Below, piece after piece: positions 25,369-37,448 of a stretch of 64,000 bases of DNA. Source of the stretch: the human T2T-CHM13v2.0 reference genome, Homo sapiens. The notes under the pieces were generated by a model that did not search any database, had not been told where the DNA came from, and saw only the letters and a list, made by a program, of their open reading frames with translations. The stretch lies in assembly GCF_009914755.1 (NCBI RefSeq), contig NC_060930.1. The stretch is one strand, 5' to 3'. Position numbers and translations under genes: made by a program. Numbering within the stretch: position 1 is the stretch's first letter; each line of letters starts with the position of its first letter.

Positions 25369-25809
25369 GGGATATTTTAAAAATACTGCTGCCTTAGCCA
25401 AAACTACAGAAGATCATTAAACTGAAGTGGAGCCTGGGCTTCAGAATTAGAAAAATAAAAACTTAAAAAAAAATACTTCTCTGAGTACTTCTAAGTTCAT
25501 CCAGTGTGGAGAGTCAGGTGCCCAAATTATTCAAATTTTTTTTTATTCTGGTTTTTAAGCACATAATACTCCATGTGATTCCTGGAAAGAAATCTGCAAG
25601 AACCTGGATTTGGTTGTCTTTATGGCATCTTCTAGTTCTAAAATGAATTCCTTCTGTACCAACAACTAATGCTGATACTTTTGCTGGTTAGGGATATAGG
25701 TGGAATTGGTGAAGTGGGGGTATACTGGACCAAGGGAGTGATGGAAAAGATGAGCACAAACCCATAACGCCAGAAAAGGAAACGTGGCTCTCATGCTGCA
25801 GATTTATAT

Positions 25810-26660
25810 TTTATTTATTTTTATTTTTTCATTTTTTTATACTTTTGAGACAGGATCTCACTCTTGTTGCCCAGGCTGGAGTGCAGTGGGGTGATCATGT
25901 GGCAGGCCAGGTCTCACAAACAGGCAGGCCTCCATAATAACTGTTTCAGCACTGACTGAATGGTTAGGTTAAATATTAAAGGCTGAGAGAGCCAGTGCCC
26001 TTACACAAAGTCCAGAACAAGTAACAAAGGCCCACCAAGACTCTTTCCCAGGCCTTCCTGGGCCTTGAAGCATGACAAGATAACGAAGGAATACTCACAC
26101 TCCTTGTGACAAGACAGTCTTCGGGAGATTCCCAGCAGCTGCCGGGTGAGGTTTTCCTGGAGACTCTCCCCAGGGCTATCCCATGTGCAAAACCACACGT
26201 CCCTCTCCCTACTGGGGAATAACGGAGATCGGGGTGGACGCGCTCAAAGGGTAAAACCAGATTTATGCCAGGAGCCTATTATTTTCCCATCTGGGCTTGT
26301 TAAGCCATTTGCCTGGTACTGCCAGGGAAGCAATAGGGCTCGCTTATACACCTGCTTTGCATTTGGTTAAGATCAGGTTTTGAGTGGGTTTTGAGTCTGT
26401 TCTGCCCGAGTGCACCCCCTCTCTTGTCTTTGTCTGAAATCTGTCTCTGCTTGTTTGTGTATCTGTCATGGCTCACTGCAGCCTCAAACTCTGGCCTCAA
26501 GGGATCCTCACACCTCAACCTCTCCAGTAGCTGGGACTATTGGCATGCACCACCATGCCTGGCTAATTTTTGTTGTTGTTGTTATAGAGACAGAGTCTCC
26601 CTATGTTGCCCCGGCTGGTCTCAAATTCCTGGACTCAAGCAATCCTCTTCCCCCTGATTT
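25810..26660 (-). mobile_element. Old Alu split by an ERV-derived insertion
   Basis: Alu sequence stops at gtgatcatg (25899) and resumes at tcatggctcactgcagcc (26466). Confidence 0.88.
25900..26465 (+). mobile_element. ERV1-class LTR/leader fragment (possibly PABL-type)
   Basis: tggcaggccaggtctcac...ccttgaagcatgacaagataacgaaggaat resembles an ERV1 LTR 5' part; family name is from memory and uncertain. Confidence 0.6.
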
Positions 26661-27854
26661 TCAGAAATAGTGTCTAAATTCTATGATTTAGACATGTTTA
26701 GTTAGAGTAGTGATGCAGTCATTGTATTTATATTAGAATACATTCTTTTCATATTTTTTTTCTCACTGCTTTTAGGGTTGGAAGAGTTTAGTTAGTTAGA
26801 GTAGTGTTTTCCAAAGGGTGTACTGCAGTCTACAGGATTTTGATAATCTTTTCATTAGAGGAGTATTCAAGCTTTATTTAACCAAGGGGGTTGTCATAGA
26901 ACTCATGTTCCATGGAACCAAACTTTGAGAATCACTGCCTTAGGGTCACTGAAACTAGAAGAGTTTAGCATCCACTATTTGCTAAAATTCTCTTTGACCA
27001 ACACTATTATTAATTTAGCTTCTTTCATCACCAAACTGTAACCCCTTTTCAGCATGGAGTACACATGCTAGGATGCACCAGTCTAGATACATAAGAAAAT
27101 AGTGAATTTAAATTGATTAGTGAAAATTGCTTGGATTTGGGGAGTTAGAAGTCTTGGGTATCAGTTCTAGTTCTGGCACCTAGTAAATAATTTTGAGCAA
27201 TAAGTCATATATAATAACTTAATTTAAATAATCAGAGCCTTAATTTGCTCATCTAAAAACAAGAATAAAATGTTTATAAGGGATATTTTTAAGTTTGACT
27301 TGAGCTAATGTGTATAAAAACTTGTCAAATTGTGAACACTGTAAAAAGCAAGATATAATTATCACAGAACTAAGTACTTTATATTGGTTCAGCAGAGTTT
27401 CAGAATTTCTACTGTTGTCAAAGCACATGTTTTGCTATGTTGATTTTCAGCTGCTATGAAGTTTATAGAAAAGCGGAAAGTCTGAAATTTCTGTGACAAG
27501 GCTTTTTGTTCGGGGTTATTTTTAAAGAAAACAGAAGATCGGATTGCATTAAAATTTGATGATTGTGTTATTCTTGTTATATATGTCTTGACTAGTATTT
27601 AGTAAAAGTTATAAGGAAAAAAGGAGCAGTTGTCTGCAATATACTAGAAATGAACTTTAATCTTTTCACACGATTCTTATTACAACATTTTTTCCTCTCT
27701 CCAGATTGCCCAATCACTGAAGAGCTGTGATCTTCCTAAACAGTTAAAAGTCAGGCACAGCTATGTAACTCATACAGTTTCTCTTTGCCAGACTAGACTA
27801 AAGAAGGAGCACTACTTTATTCTGATAAAACAGGTCTATGCAGCTACCAGGACA

Positions 27855-27932
27855 ATGGAATCTACGTTGACTTTAGCAACGGAACAACCTGTTAAGAAGA
27901 ACACTCTTAAGAAATATAAAATAGCTTGCATT
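27855..27932 (+). CDS. ENPP3: ENPP3 coding exon 1 ([26 protein letters not shown]), cytoplasmic tail
   Basis: Strong Kozak acaATGg; 78 nt; GTAAGT donor. Confidence 0.97.
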
Positions 27933-28906
27933 GTAAGTACAATTCTTATTTTTAGTCTTTCTAGTTTTGTGACAAATGTTAAAAGTATATGATTTCCCAT
28001 TTACATTTCTTTGTGTTGCTATTAAAATGTAAACTTTTAAGTAACTGTATTCAGTATTATCCCTTATGAAAACTCTAATGCAAATTAATATCTTAAATCA
28101 TATTTTACACGTAAGAAATTTGAGTAACAACAAGTTAACATTACGTTAAACTCAAAAGTTGGAATCCATGACAGAACGCTTTGTGGCGCTGATTTTTTGC
28201 ATGATTATAACTACCTCTCAATCACTTTTTTATTGCATGAGTATTTTAAGACAAGAAAGTGAGAAATTAAAATCATTGTACCCTATTATTTGCTGAACCA
28301 ACAATTGTATCCTATTTTACTTCACTCCTAGAGATAGTCTCTTTTGCCTATTTTCTCTCTCTTGTCATTTCATGTGGTAAGATCTGCCACCCCCCCTCAC
28401 CCCCCAAATAAATTTTCCTTGATTTTATTTTCTTTTTTCTTTTTTTTAATTTTAAATTTTTTTCTTTTTCTTTTTACTCCAGAAATACGCTTATCCATTT
28501 CCTTGATTTTATTACTCTCTCTTTTCCCTTTGCCATCAAACTTTTGGGGTAAAGAGGGCTCATTTCATTGCTTCAGTTTTCTCAGCCCCCAACCATTCCT
28601 TTGTGCTCTGGCTTTGTTTCTACTGTACTGAGTCCCTGACTCAAAAGTCAGTCCTCCTCGTCCTTCATCCACTTGAGTGTTCATAACAACAATAACTTCC
28701 TGGTACTTTCTCATTCTGAATTATTCTCTCCCCTTGCTTCTACCATGACATTGACATTTTCATTTTATGACTTTTTTCCTTATCTGCATTCTTAGCCAAC
28801 AATTTATCTTTATTCTCATGAAAATTACAACACAAGCTTCACTAAACCCTATCTAAGATCTCTTAAGAAATCTCATGTTCTCTAATAGTCTTTTTAATTT
28901 TAATTT

Positions 28907-29717
28907 TATTTTTGAGACAGGGTCTCTCTCCTTTGGGATCTCACCTCACCACAACCTCTGTTTCCCAGGCTCAAGTGATCCTCCTGCCTCAGCCTCCTGA
29001 GTAGCTTGGACCACAGGCACATGCCACAAGGCTCAGCTAAGTTTTTGTGAGTTTTTTTCTTTCTTTTCTTTTTTTTGTAGAGACTGGGTTTCACCATGTT
29101 GCCCAGGCTGGTCTCAAACTCCTGGATCAAGTGATCTACCTGCCTCGGCCTCCCAAAGTGCTGGGACTACAGGCATGAACCACTGCACCTGGCCTCTAGT
29201 GTTTTCCTCAGCCAAGAATTCCAAGTAATCCACCAGCTCTGACTTTTTGCCCAGCCTCTGTCACACAATTTCTTTTTTTTTTTAATTTTATTATTTTGGT
29301 AATATGTGTATTTTTAGAGACTGGGTCTCGCTATGTTGCCCAGGCTGGTCTTGAACCCTGGGCTCAAGTGATCCTCTCATTCAGCCTCTTGAGTAGCTGG
29401 GGACTATGTGTGTGCCCCAGTGCACTAGCCTGTTTCAAATGCCTGCTTCCTGACTCCTGACTCAGTACCTTACACCAAAACTAATTGCATTATTTTTTCA
29501 CACCAATCTTGCCGCAGCTTTTCCCTATATCCCATATTTTAAGGTCACCGCTATTCTCTGTCTCTCCAGAATTGTTTCAAGAAGTAAATAAAATAATGTA
29601 AAACAATGTGTGTAAGTATTAAGCCTAGTAACAAAGTAAATCCTCAATATATTCCATTTATTCTTTATCCTTCTGAGAATTTCAATTTCAGAGTGCTCTT
29701 TATAGCTCTTATGCTAA

Positions 29718-29750
<33 letters not shown>

Positions 29751-29905
29751 CTCTCTCTCTTTTTTTTGGAGACATGTTCTCGCTCTGTTGCCCAGGCTGG
29801 AAGACAGTGGCATGATCATGGCTTGCTGCAGCAACTCAGGCTCCAACTTTGGCTCAAATGATCTTCCCATCTCAGCCTCCCGAGTAGCTGGGACTTCAAG
29901 CATGT
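28907..29905 (-). mobile_element. Cluster of antisense Alu/FLAM pieces (28907-29193, ~29270-29430, ~29735-29905)
   Basis: Alu consensus motifs with poly-T heads. Confidence 0.88.
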
Positions 29906-30316
29906 TTATTATATTTATCCTAGCTTATCAATTCAGGAAATTATAAAATCTTCCACAGCAAAATTTGTGCATCATTAATTTCCCTTCTTTGTATCTCTCT
30001 AGTGGTTTTTGAGTATATATAATGAAGTTCAATATTTTTAAATCATTGTTTCAAAAGTACCCTGATGTCTTCAAACTTTTACTAAAGTTTCACTTAAACA
30101 TTTTGAAGGTATCTGCTGTGTTTCTAGCACTCTTTGTTTAGCCCAGTTAAAGCCAAATGATGTGCTCTCAGCAGTTTTTGATGTTCAGAGTATTCTCCCC
30201 ACTTTGTGCACAGTGTAACATAGTTTAAGATACATGTGCACCCCAATATCAAGAAGCTTTTTTGGAATTACATATTTATAGTAAATGATTATAAAGGCTT
30301 AAAAATAAACTTCTTA

Positions 30317-30465
30317 GGCGGGGCACAGTGGCTAGTGCCTATAATCCCAGCACTTTAGGAGGCCGAGATAAGAGGAGCTCTTGAGGCCAGGAGTTCCATA
30401 CCAGCCTGGTCAACATAGTGAGACCTCCAACTCTAAATAATAATAATAATAATAAATAAATAAGC
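30317..30465 (+). mobile_element. FLAM / Alu monomer
   Basis: Single left arm with (TAA)n tail. Confidence 0.85.
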
Positions 30466-31926
30466 CTTTTACTCTCAAGGAGCTCACAGAATAATGTAGA
30501 AAACAAGCCACAAATATATGGAACAAATACAAAAATTATGAAGAAACAGATTCTAACATTAAATATTGTGAAGTTTTAAAGCATCTTAAGAACAGCTAGA
30601 TGTTGTTGATTTTTCTAGCAAGTTTGAACAGCAAAAGTACCACAGATAAGGTGTAAACCAAAATATGTTAATTTGTAAGTCTATGATGTGTGAGGTTTAC
30701 CAGAAGGAGTTCCCCAACGTTGTTTTTCTGCTTTGTAGTCACTCTAGTTTCAGTCGACTGTGTCTTCTAAGCACCATGACAAGGGAGGAACTGCTAATGG
30801 TGTTATTTAGTAAATGCTTATGTTCATTTTTTCCTCTCCATCCTCTCCACTGAATGAACATGTACTGAAAGGTCACTGACCCTTGAGCTAACTTTGAGAC
30901 TTCATATAAGAATTGTTTTCTTAGTATTGTAACATAGCTTCCCAATTGTTGAATTCACTTCCATTGTAAACATTAGATGTGTTAATTTTCCAGTTGACTT
31001 TCAGAATGAAAACAATCCTCAAAAAAATAATTTATGTACTTCTTAATTATCTAAGCAAAATCTGATGTTTTTTTCTTTTGTGAAAGTTATTTTTTGTGTC
31101 TGAAACTATAACAAAGGTTATTGTAAAATACTTTCCTAAGTAATTTGATTACGTGTCTTTCTGCCATTCTTTATGACAACATACAGTATTCAAGCCCTGT
31201 CATCCAGCATGCTTATCTCTGGACTTCATGGAAGAGGAAAGAGGGCAGCTAGAAGAATTCTTTTTAATTATATCATAGTTTAATCTAATCATAGCATAAA
31301 GTTCGTTACACCAAAGGGCTTTGTCAGCAGAGCGATAATGAATGACATAAACAATCTTTGGTCAGGCAGTTTCCAAATTATCCTAAGTGGTTTGTATGAG
31401 TGGAAGACCAAAACAGATTATTTGCTAGTTAACTATTTGGACAATGTATTTTTACGTATGTTAAATATTATTATCATCCTGTGATAGAGTAGGAAAAAAA
31501 GCCCTGCTCCCTTAGAATGAGGCAGTTAAGGATTTAACAGTTCTGCAATTCTTTTCAATAAATGATCACAAATGGGTGCCTGGTTTAAAAAAAATGGCCC
31601 AGAAAAATGGTTTTATGGTTTTAATTCTTAACTTTAACTCAATTTGCAGTTAAGTTCATTGCATTTGAATGGTAAATGTGTTTGAATTTGAAGATCTGTA
31701 ATAAATGGTATCTTTAAATTCTGCCAAAATATTCTTTCTTAATTTCAAGCATTAAATAAAATACTATACCTCCAGTTAGGCCAGATACTAGATCATTGTT
31801 GGATCTGGTATCTGGCATAACTAGTACGCTGCAGGTACTTAGAGAGAATACTGAGAAAGGGTGGTTATTTGTATCTTTGTAATTTTTTAAAAAATTATAA
31901 AAGTTACTTTTTCCTTTTTGCAATAG

Positions 31927-32002
31927 GTTCTTCTTGCTTTGCTGGTGATCATGTCACTTGGATTAGGCCTGGGGCTTGGACTCAGGAAACTGGAAAAGCA
32001 AG
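31927..32002 (+). CDS. ENPP3: ENPP3 coding exon 2, type II transmembrane anchor ([25 protein letters not shown])
   Basis: 76 nt; TAG acceptor, GTATAC donor; hydrophobic stretch. Confidence 0.97.
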
Positions 32003-32270
32003 GTATACCCCTCAGCCTTTTCTCAGAACATTCCCTTATTTCTTCTCTCTTCTGGCCTTAATTCATTAAAATGTATCTCCCATCCCAAGCCTCCTCTGTC
32101 CTCCATGCAGCATTCTGCTTCTAGACATCTCCCTTTCCCCACTCTACTTATCGGGAGTCCACATCTGAGGTTGGCATTGCTCACTGTACTTTCTGGACTT
32201 TACTTTTTCACCCTGCTCATTTGAGACTCATTATCATTCCAGTGTTTTTCTCTTACCTTTCTCCACCCTG

Positions 32271-32566
32271 GTTTTTTTTTTTTTTTTTTTTTTTTGGCAA
32301 GATCTCACTCTGTCTCTCAGGCTGGAGCACAATCTCCACTCACTGCAGTTCCTCCCTGCCCTCAGGTGATCCTCCCATACTTGAGCCTCCCAAGTAGCTG
32401 GGACCACAGGTGTGTGCCACCACACCCGGCTAATTTTTGCAGTTTTAGTAGAGATGGGGTTTCACTACATTGCCCAGGCTGGTCTCGAGCTCCCGGGCTC
32501 AAGTGATCCACCCACCTCAGCTTCCCAAAGTGCTGGGATTACAGGTGTGAGTTGCCGCGCCTGGCC
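32271..32566 (-). mobile_element. Alu
   Basis: Antisense dimer. Confidence 0.93.
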
Positions 32567-33042
32567 CTTCTTCATCTTTATAATGGACTTTGGTAAGTGG
32601 ATCACAGCCTTTTCATTCTGCTCCCACTGTCATTTTCAACATCTGATGACAAAGTATCTAGCCACTTAGTCTTGAAAGTCTTTGTTGCTTCATTCCCATG
32701 ACCTCCTGCCACCACCCTGTACCTTGACACCACGCTAGAGTTGTTCTACCCCTAAAATCTCCTGGTTCTTGATTGGACAGTGCCAAATTCTTGAAAAGTA
32801 GTGCATAATAATATCTTCAAAAATTTTTTTCTTATAAGAAGCAAAGAAAAATAGGAGAAATATGTCCCAAAATATAAAATACCTCACATTCCTTTTGCTA
32901 TATTTCATTATTATGGAGAGTAAATGCACCACTTACAAATGACAATATAAAAAGAATTACCTATAATCTTTTTACATATTGTTTTGTTACTTTTACTAAG
33001 GTGAAGTATGAAGCCAGTTGCTAGATCATTCATGTCCCCCCG

Positions 33043-33343
33043 CTTTTTGTTGTTTGTTTTTTGAGACAAGGTCTCACTTTGTTGCTCAGGCTGAGTGCAG
33101 TGGTGTGATCACAGCTTACCGCAGCCTCGATCTCCTGGGCTCAAGTGATCCTCCCACCTCGGCCCCCCAGGTACCTGGTATACAGGCATGCACTACCACA
33201 CGTGGTTAATTTTTTAATTTTGTGTAGACATGGGGTCTCACTACGTTGTCCAGGCTGGTCTTGAACTCCTGGATGCAAGTGATACTCCTGCCTTGGCTTC
33301 TTTTAAGCATTGGGATTGCTGGTGTGAGACACTGTGCCCAGCA
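33043..33343 (-). mobile_element. Alu (AluJ-like)
   Basis: Antisense dimer next to the U4 pseudogene. Confidence 0.92.
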
Positions 33344-33367
33344 CCCTCACCCTATTTTTGCCTTTGT

Positions 33368-33438
33368 AAAATTTTTATGAGCAATAATCATACCTCAAAT
33401 AAACCTCATTGGCTACTATACTGCCAATGCACAAAGCT
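33368..33438 (-). pseudogene. 3'-truncated U4 snRNA retro-pseudogene
   Basis: Reverse complement AGCTTTGTGCATTGGCAGTATAGTAGCCAATGAGGTTTATTTGAGGTATGATTATTGCT matches U4 nt 1-59, with changes concentrated at CpGs; no Sm site. Confidence 0.9.
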
Positions 33439-34189
33439 CTGGCCCCATTTTTAAATTTGACTAAAACCTTCTAGTGTGACTCCAGTGGAGTAAGTCTCAT
33501 TGCTGCAGCATTAGGAAGCCTCAGTAAGGTTAACTGATAATTTTCCAGTCATGTGTCTACTTGAGAAACACTCAGCTTCCCTAGTATGACCTAGGAGCAC
33601 AGTAGAACTGAAAAGTTGAATAATTGCTGGAAGATTACTATCTTCTCTTGTCACTTGGCTGTTGTGTTTCTGGGCCATAGTGCCAGTCCTTGATCAAAGA
33701 AATGTTGACAGGCCATTTCAGTGGTATTGTTTTGATGTTAGTACACACAAATGGGCATCACTTCTTGGCTATTTTACCCCCTAAATCACATAAATTGATT
33801 GCAGAAGGCATATCTAATGTCTGAACAAAACCTCCTTTTGTTCCAGCTCTTTCATTCACTTTAGTACACCCATTGGCTGGCTTCCCGGAGTCATTTTTCC
33901 TTGTCCTCGTCCTTTCATCTGAGTTGATCAGCCCTATGTGGCAGCATGCTCTTCCCTCTCCCTGGCAGGGCATTGGTAATTAACTCCAGCCCCTTTTTGC
34001 CAGCATCCTTAACATAGTCATCCTCTTTATTACTCATTTTTCCACCGCATCTATTCTCCTAAACCCCAACCCTGGGTCATTTTCACCATTTTCCACTCCA
34101 GTTAACTCACCTTCCATAGGCAATATGTATTTTTTCTAATGTGAGTTTTAAAATTTGTGCATGTTCTTACAGATTTACCGTCATGACTA

Positions 34190-34410
34190 CACGTATTTTT
34201 TGATTGAACATTATGTGCTTGGTATTATTACAATTACTGGAGATGAAGTGGTGAAGACAAGAGACAAAATCCTTCCAGGAGTTTATATTTTAGCATGCAA
34301 GACAGACAATAAAAATATAAATAAACAAAATATGTATATAATAAGATAAAGTGCTAAGAAATAAGTAAAGCCCAAAAGAAGGAATCAGGGTCGTCTGTGT
34401 GTGTGTGTGT

Positions 34411-34446
<36 letters not shown>

Positions 34447-35400
34447 TAACTTTTGAGTAATGACTGAAGGAAGTGAGACAGAAACATAGGGATAGGTTGG
34501 GGAGGAACATTCCAGGTCAGAAGGACTATCAAGTGCAAAGGCCAAAGGCAGGACCTTGCCTGGCATGTTCCATTTAAGGAATAACAAAGAGGCCATGAAC
34601 TAGAACTAAAAGGACTAGAGGGAGGTGGTCATAAAATGAGATCTACTAAATAAAGAGGAACCCGATCAAGTAAAGGTTAGTATGTCAAAGCCTGGTCTTC
34701 AACTTTCATTCTGAGTGTGACAAGAACTGATTGCAGGATTTGGGCAGAGGAATGATATGCTCTGGTTTGCTTTTTAATAGAATCCCTAGGGCTGCTGTGT
34801 TATGAATAGATAGTAGAGTGAGAGCAGAAGTAGAGAGACCAATCAGGAGATTATTCCAATAATCTGGGTAAGCCTTATGTCTTAAACCAGGGCAGTAGCA
34901 TTGTAGCTGGTAAGAAGTATTTGGATTCTGGATCTATTTTGATGGGGTAGATAGATTTTATTGAAAGACTGGATTTAGAGTAAGAAAGAGGAGTCAAGAA
35001 TGACCCCAGAATTTTTGTATGAACATCTGGAAACATGAATTTCCATAACTGAGTTGGGGCAGATTGTAGAAGGAGCTGGTTTGGGGAGAAAAATCAGGAG
35101 CTCAGTTTTGGACCTGTTAAATTTGCTAGTTCTATTGGATGTCCAAGCGCAGAAGTCAAGAATGTAGTTGAACATATGAGGCTAGCTTTAGAGGTGAAGT
35201 CCTGCCTGGTCATGTACTGTGGTGCTTGTCAGCATATGTGGGATTTAAACCATGAGACTGGGGTAGAACAACCTTAAAGAATTGGGGAGGTGAAGGGGAA
35301 AAGCAAAGAAAACTAGGAAGGAGTAGCCAGGAATGTGAGAGGAAAGCCAGGTAACTATTGTGTTCTAGAAACCAAGTGCAGAAAGGTTTTATAAGGGGAG
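34190..35400 (-). mobile_element. L2 LINE remnant containing a (TG)n microsatellite (34396-34443)
   Basis: aagtgcaaaggcc...aggc, gagtcaagaatgac...c, gagctcagttttggac.tgttaaattt L2-type motifs. Confidence 0.7.
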
Positions 35401-36739
35401 AGTGTATGAAAAAACGTAAAGACCATTTATGTAAATGGTTGTGATGTATCTAAATCTACATATTTTTTTTCTAGTTTTTCATTGAGCACTTTTTGAGACC
35501 CATCAGAATTGCCATGCATACATCTGTTCTCATGCTTCTACTGTGTGTTACTCTTTGGCATGTACCCAACTTGCCAACCAACCTATGCCCTCTCTTGGTG
35601 CTGAGCACCCAAATTGGCTTTAGTTCCTCACAATCACATAAATACTGCAGGTTCCCTTATAAACCTGTGTGATAACTGCTTTGCCATAGATCAAGGAATG
35701 AAGTTTCAGGAAGTTAGGGTTTTCATCTTCTTAACTCAGGTATGTAGTCCCAGGTTGCTTTCTAGAATGGCTGCCTCAGCCTACCCTACCTTCCTTCAAC
35801 TTACCTCTCCACCAGCCATTGCCATTATTCAGCTCTCTAATTTTTGGCAGTGTGCAGTTGGGTATAGAATAAAGTCTTTCATTTTAGTTTCTATTTCTCT
35901 GCCCTGTTGCTCTAATCCATGTTGGTTGCTCTCTTGGTCTGGTGGATGGTTGATATTTCCATTAGCCCATCTATTGTGTTAGATCCCATGATTTTAAAAT
36001 CTCTTTCTTCTTGTTTCATTTTCTCATTTTGTTGAAGAACAACTTGATAGCTTCCTAAAACAGGATGCATGAGAGAGATAACTTGAATCTTTGTCTATGT
36101 AAAGACGCATCATTCTAACCTAACACTTGACAGTTTGGCTAGGTGTTGAATTCTAAGATGGAAATACTTTGTTTTTCTAGAAATCTGAAGGTATTACTTT
36201 ACTGTCTTATAGTATCCAGAGTTGCTTTTAATACATTTGGTATTTTAATAAATTTCTGATTAGTGATCCTTTGTAGGTTGCTCATGATCTCTCTGTGGAG
36301 GCTTTCAATATCTCTTAATCCTATTGATCTCTTAGTGTGAGTTTTGCCCTGGGAAACTTGGTGGGCAACTATGGTCTAATAATTTACGCTCTTCAATTCT
36401 GGGAAATTTTATAATATGATTTCTTTCATAACATCAACTCCATTTTCTCTTTCACTTTAAGGCCTCACCTCCCTGTTCTAAGATCAGTTAATTAGTAGCC
36501 TTAGTTACATCTGCACAGTTCCTTGGTCATGTAAGACAACAGACTTGAAGTCTCAGCAATTAAGACTTGGAATCTTCTTGTGGACCACAATTCTGCTTAC
36601 CATATCTCTACTGAATTTTTCTTTACTTCCCTCATATTTTTACTTACAAGACCACCCTGAATGTGGGGTCTTTTAAAAAAATTATAGTTCTCTTTCTTAT
36701 TTTGTTGACGCAGTATCTTCTCTCTTTTCTGAGGCTCTC

Positions 36740-36746
<7 letters not shown>

Positions 36747-36781
<35 letters not shown>
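36747..36781. repeat. (TG)n microsatellite
   Basis: Seen directly. Confidence 0.95.
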
Positions 36782-36782
<1 letters not shown>

Positions 36783-37448
36783 GTTATTTTAACTCTTTTG
36801 CTCCCTGCATTATTTCCTTTTCAATCAAGTTTTTCTTTGATGTTGTTTGTTCAGTGTTTGTCTTTCATGTAGGTTGCTATCCTGCTATCCTCAAATGTCT
36901 GGGGACCATCTGTTCATTTTCAGAGTAAGGCTTGTTTTTTCTTATCATAGTTACCCTCCTGTATGTCTGTTGTCTCTGTGATGAAAGCCACTCCTTATTC
37001 CTCCAGATTATGAGCCTCCTAGTCTGGAGTGGGAGGCAGGGTGAGTAGTGACTGCTCCACATCCAAGCTTTTACCAATTCTCCTATATTTAGCTTTGTGC
37101 CTGTTCCCCTCTTCTCTTACCTAATGACACCCTGTTTCTCTTACTTAATGACCTTTTTTCTTACCTAACGACACCCTGGGACCTCCCTTCTAGGGTCCTA
37201 GGGGAAAGCTCTTGGCTTTTTTTTTTTTTTTTTTTAACTTTTCCAGGACTCCTTCCTCTTAGGCACCTAGTTGTTGCTTCCTTCATTCTGCTATTTCTGT
37301 GTTTCAAAATTCTTTTTCTGCTTCTATCTTCGATTTGATTTAGAGTATTCATATACTTTTATAAACTGTTTTCCTCTTCTTTTTGTGAAATTTTGTGGAA
37401 TTTGAGGAGATGGAAGAGGTAAATGAGTTTTATCAACCAGCTACTTTT

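Noticed and set aside
27640-27830. TATA-like GTTAAAAG, HNF4-like TGAACTTT and GATA motifs near the ENPP3 start
   Set aside because: Short degenerate matches in AT-rich DNA; cannot be supported from sequence alone
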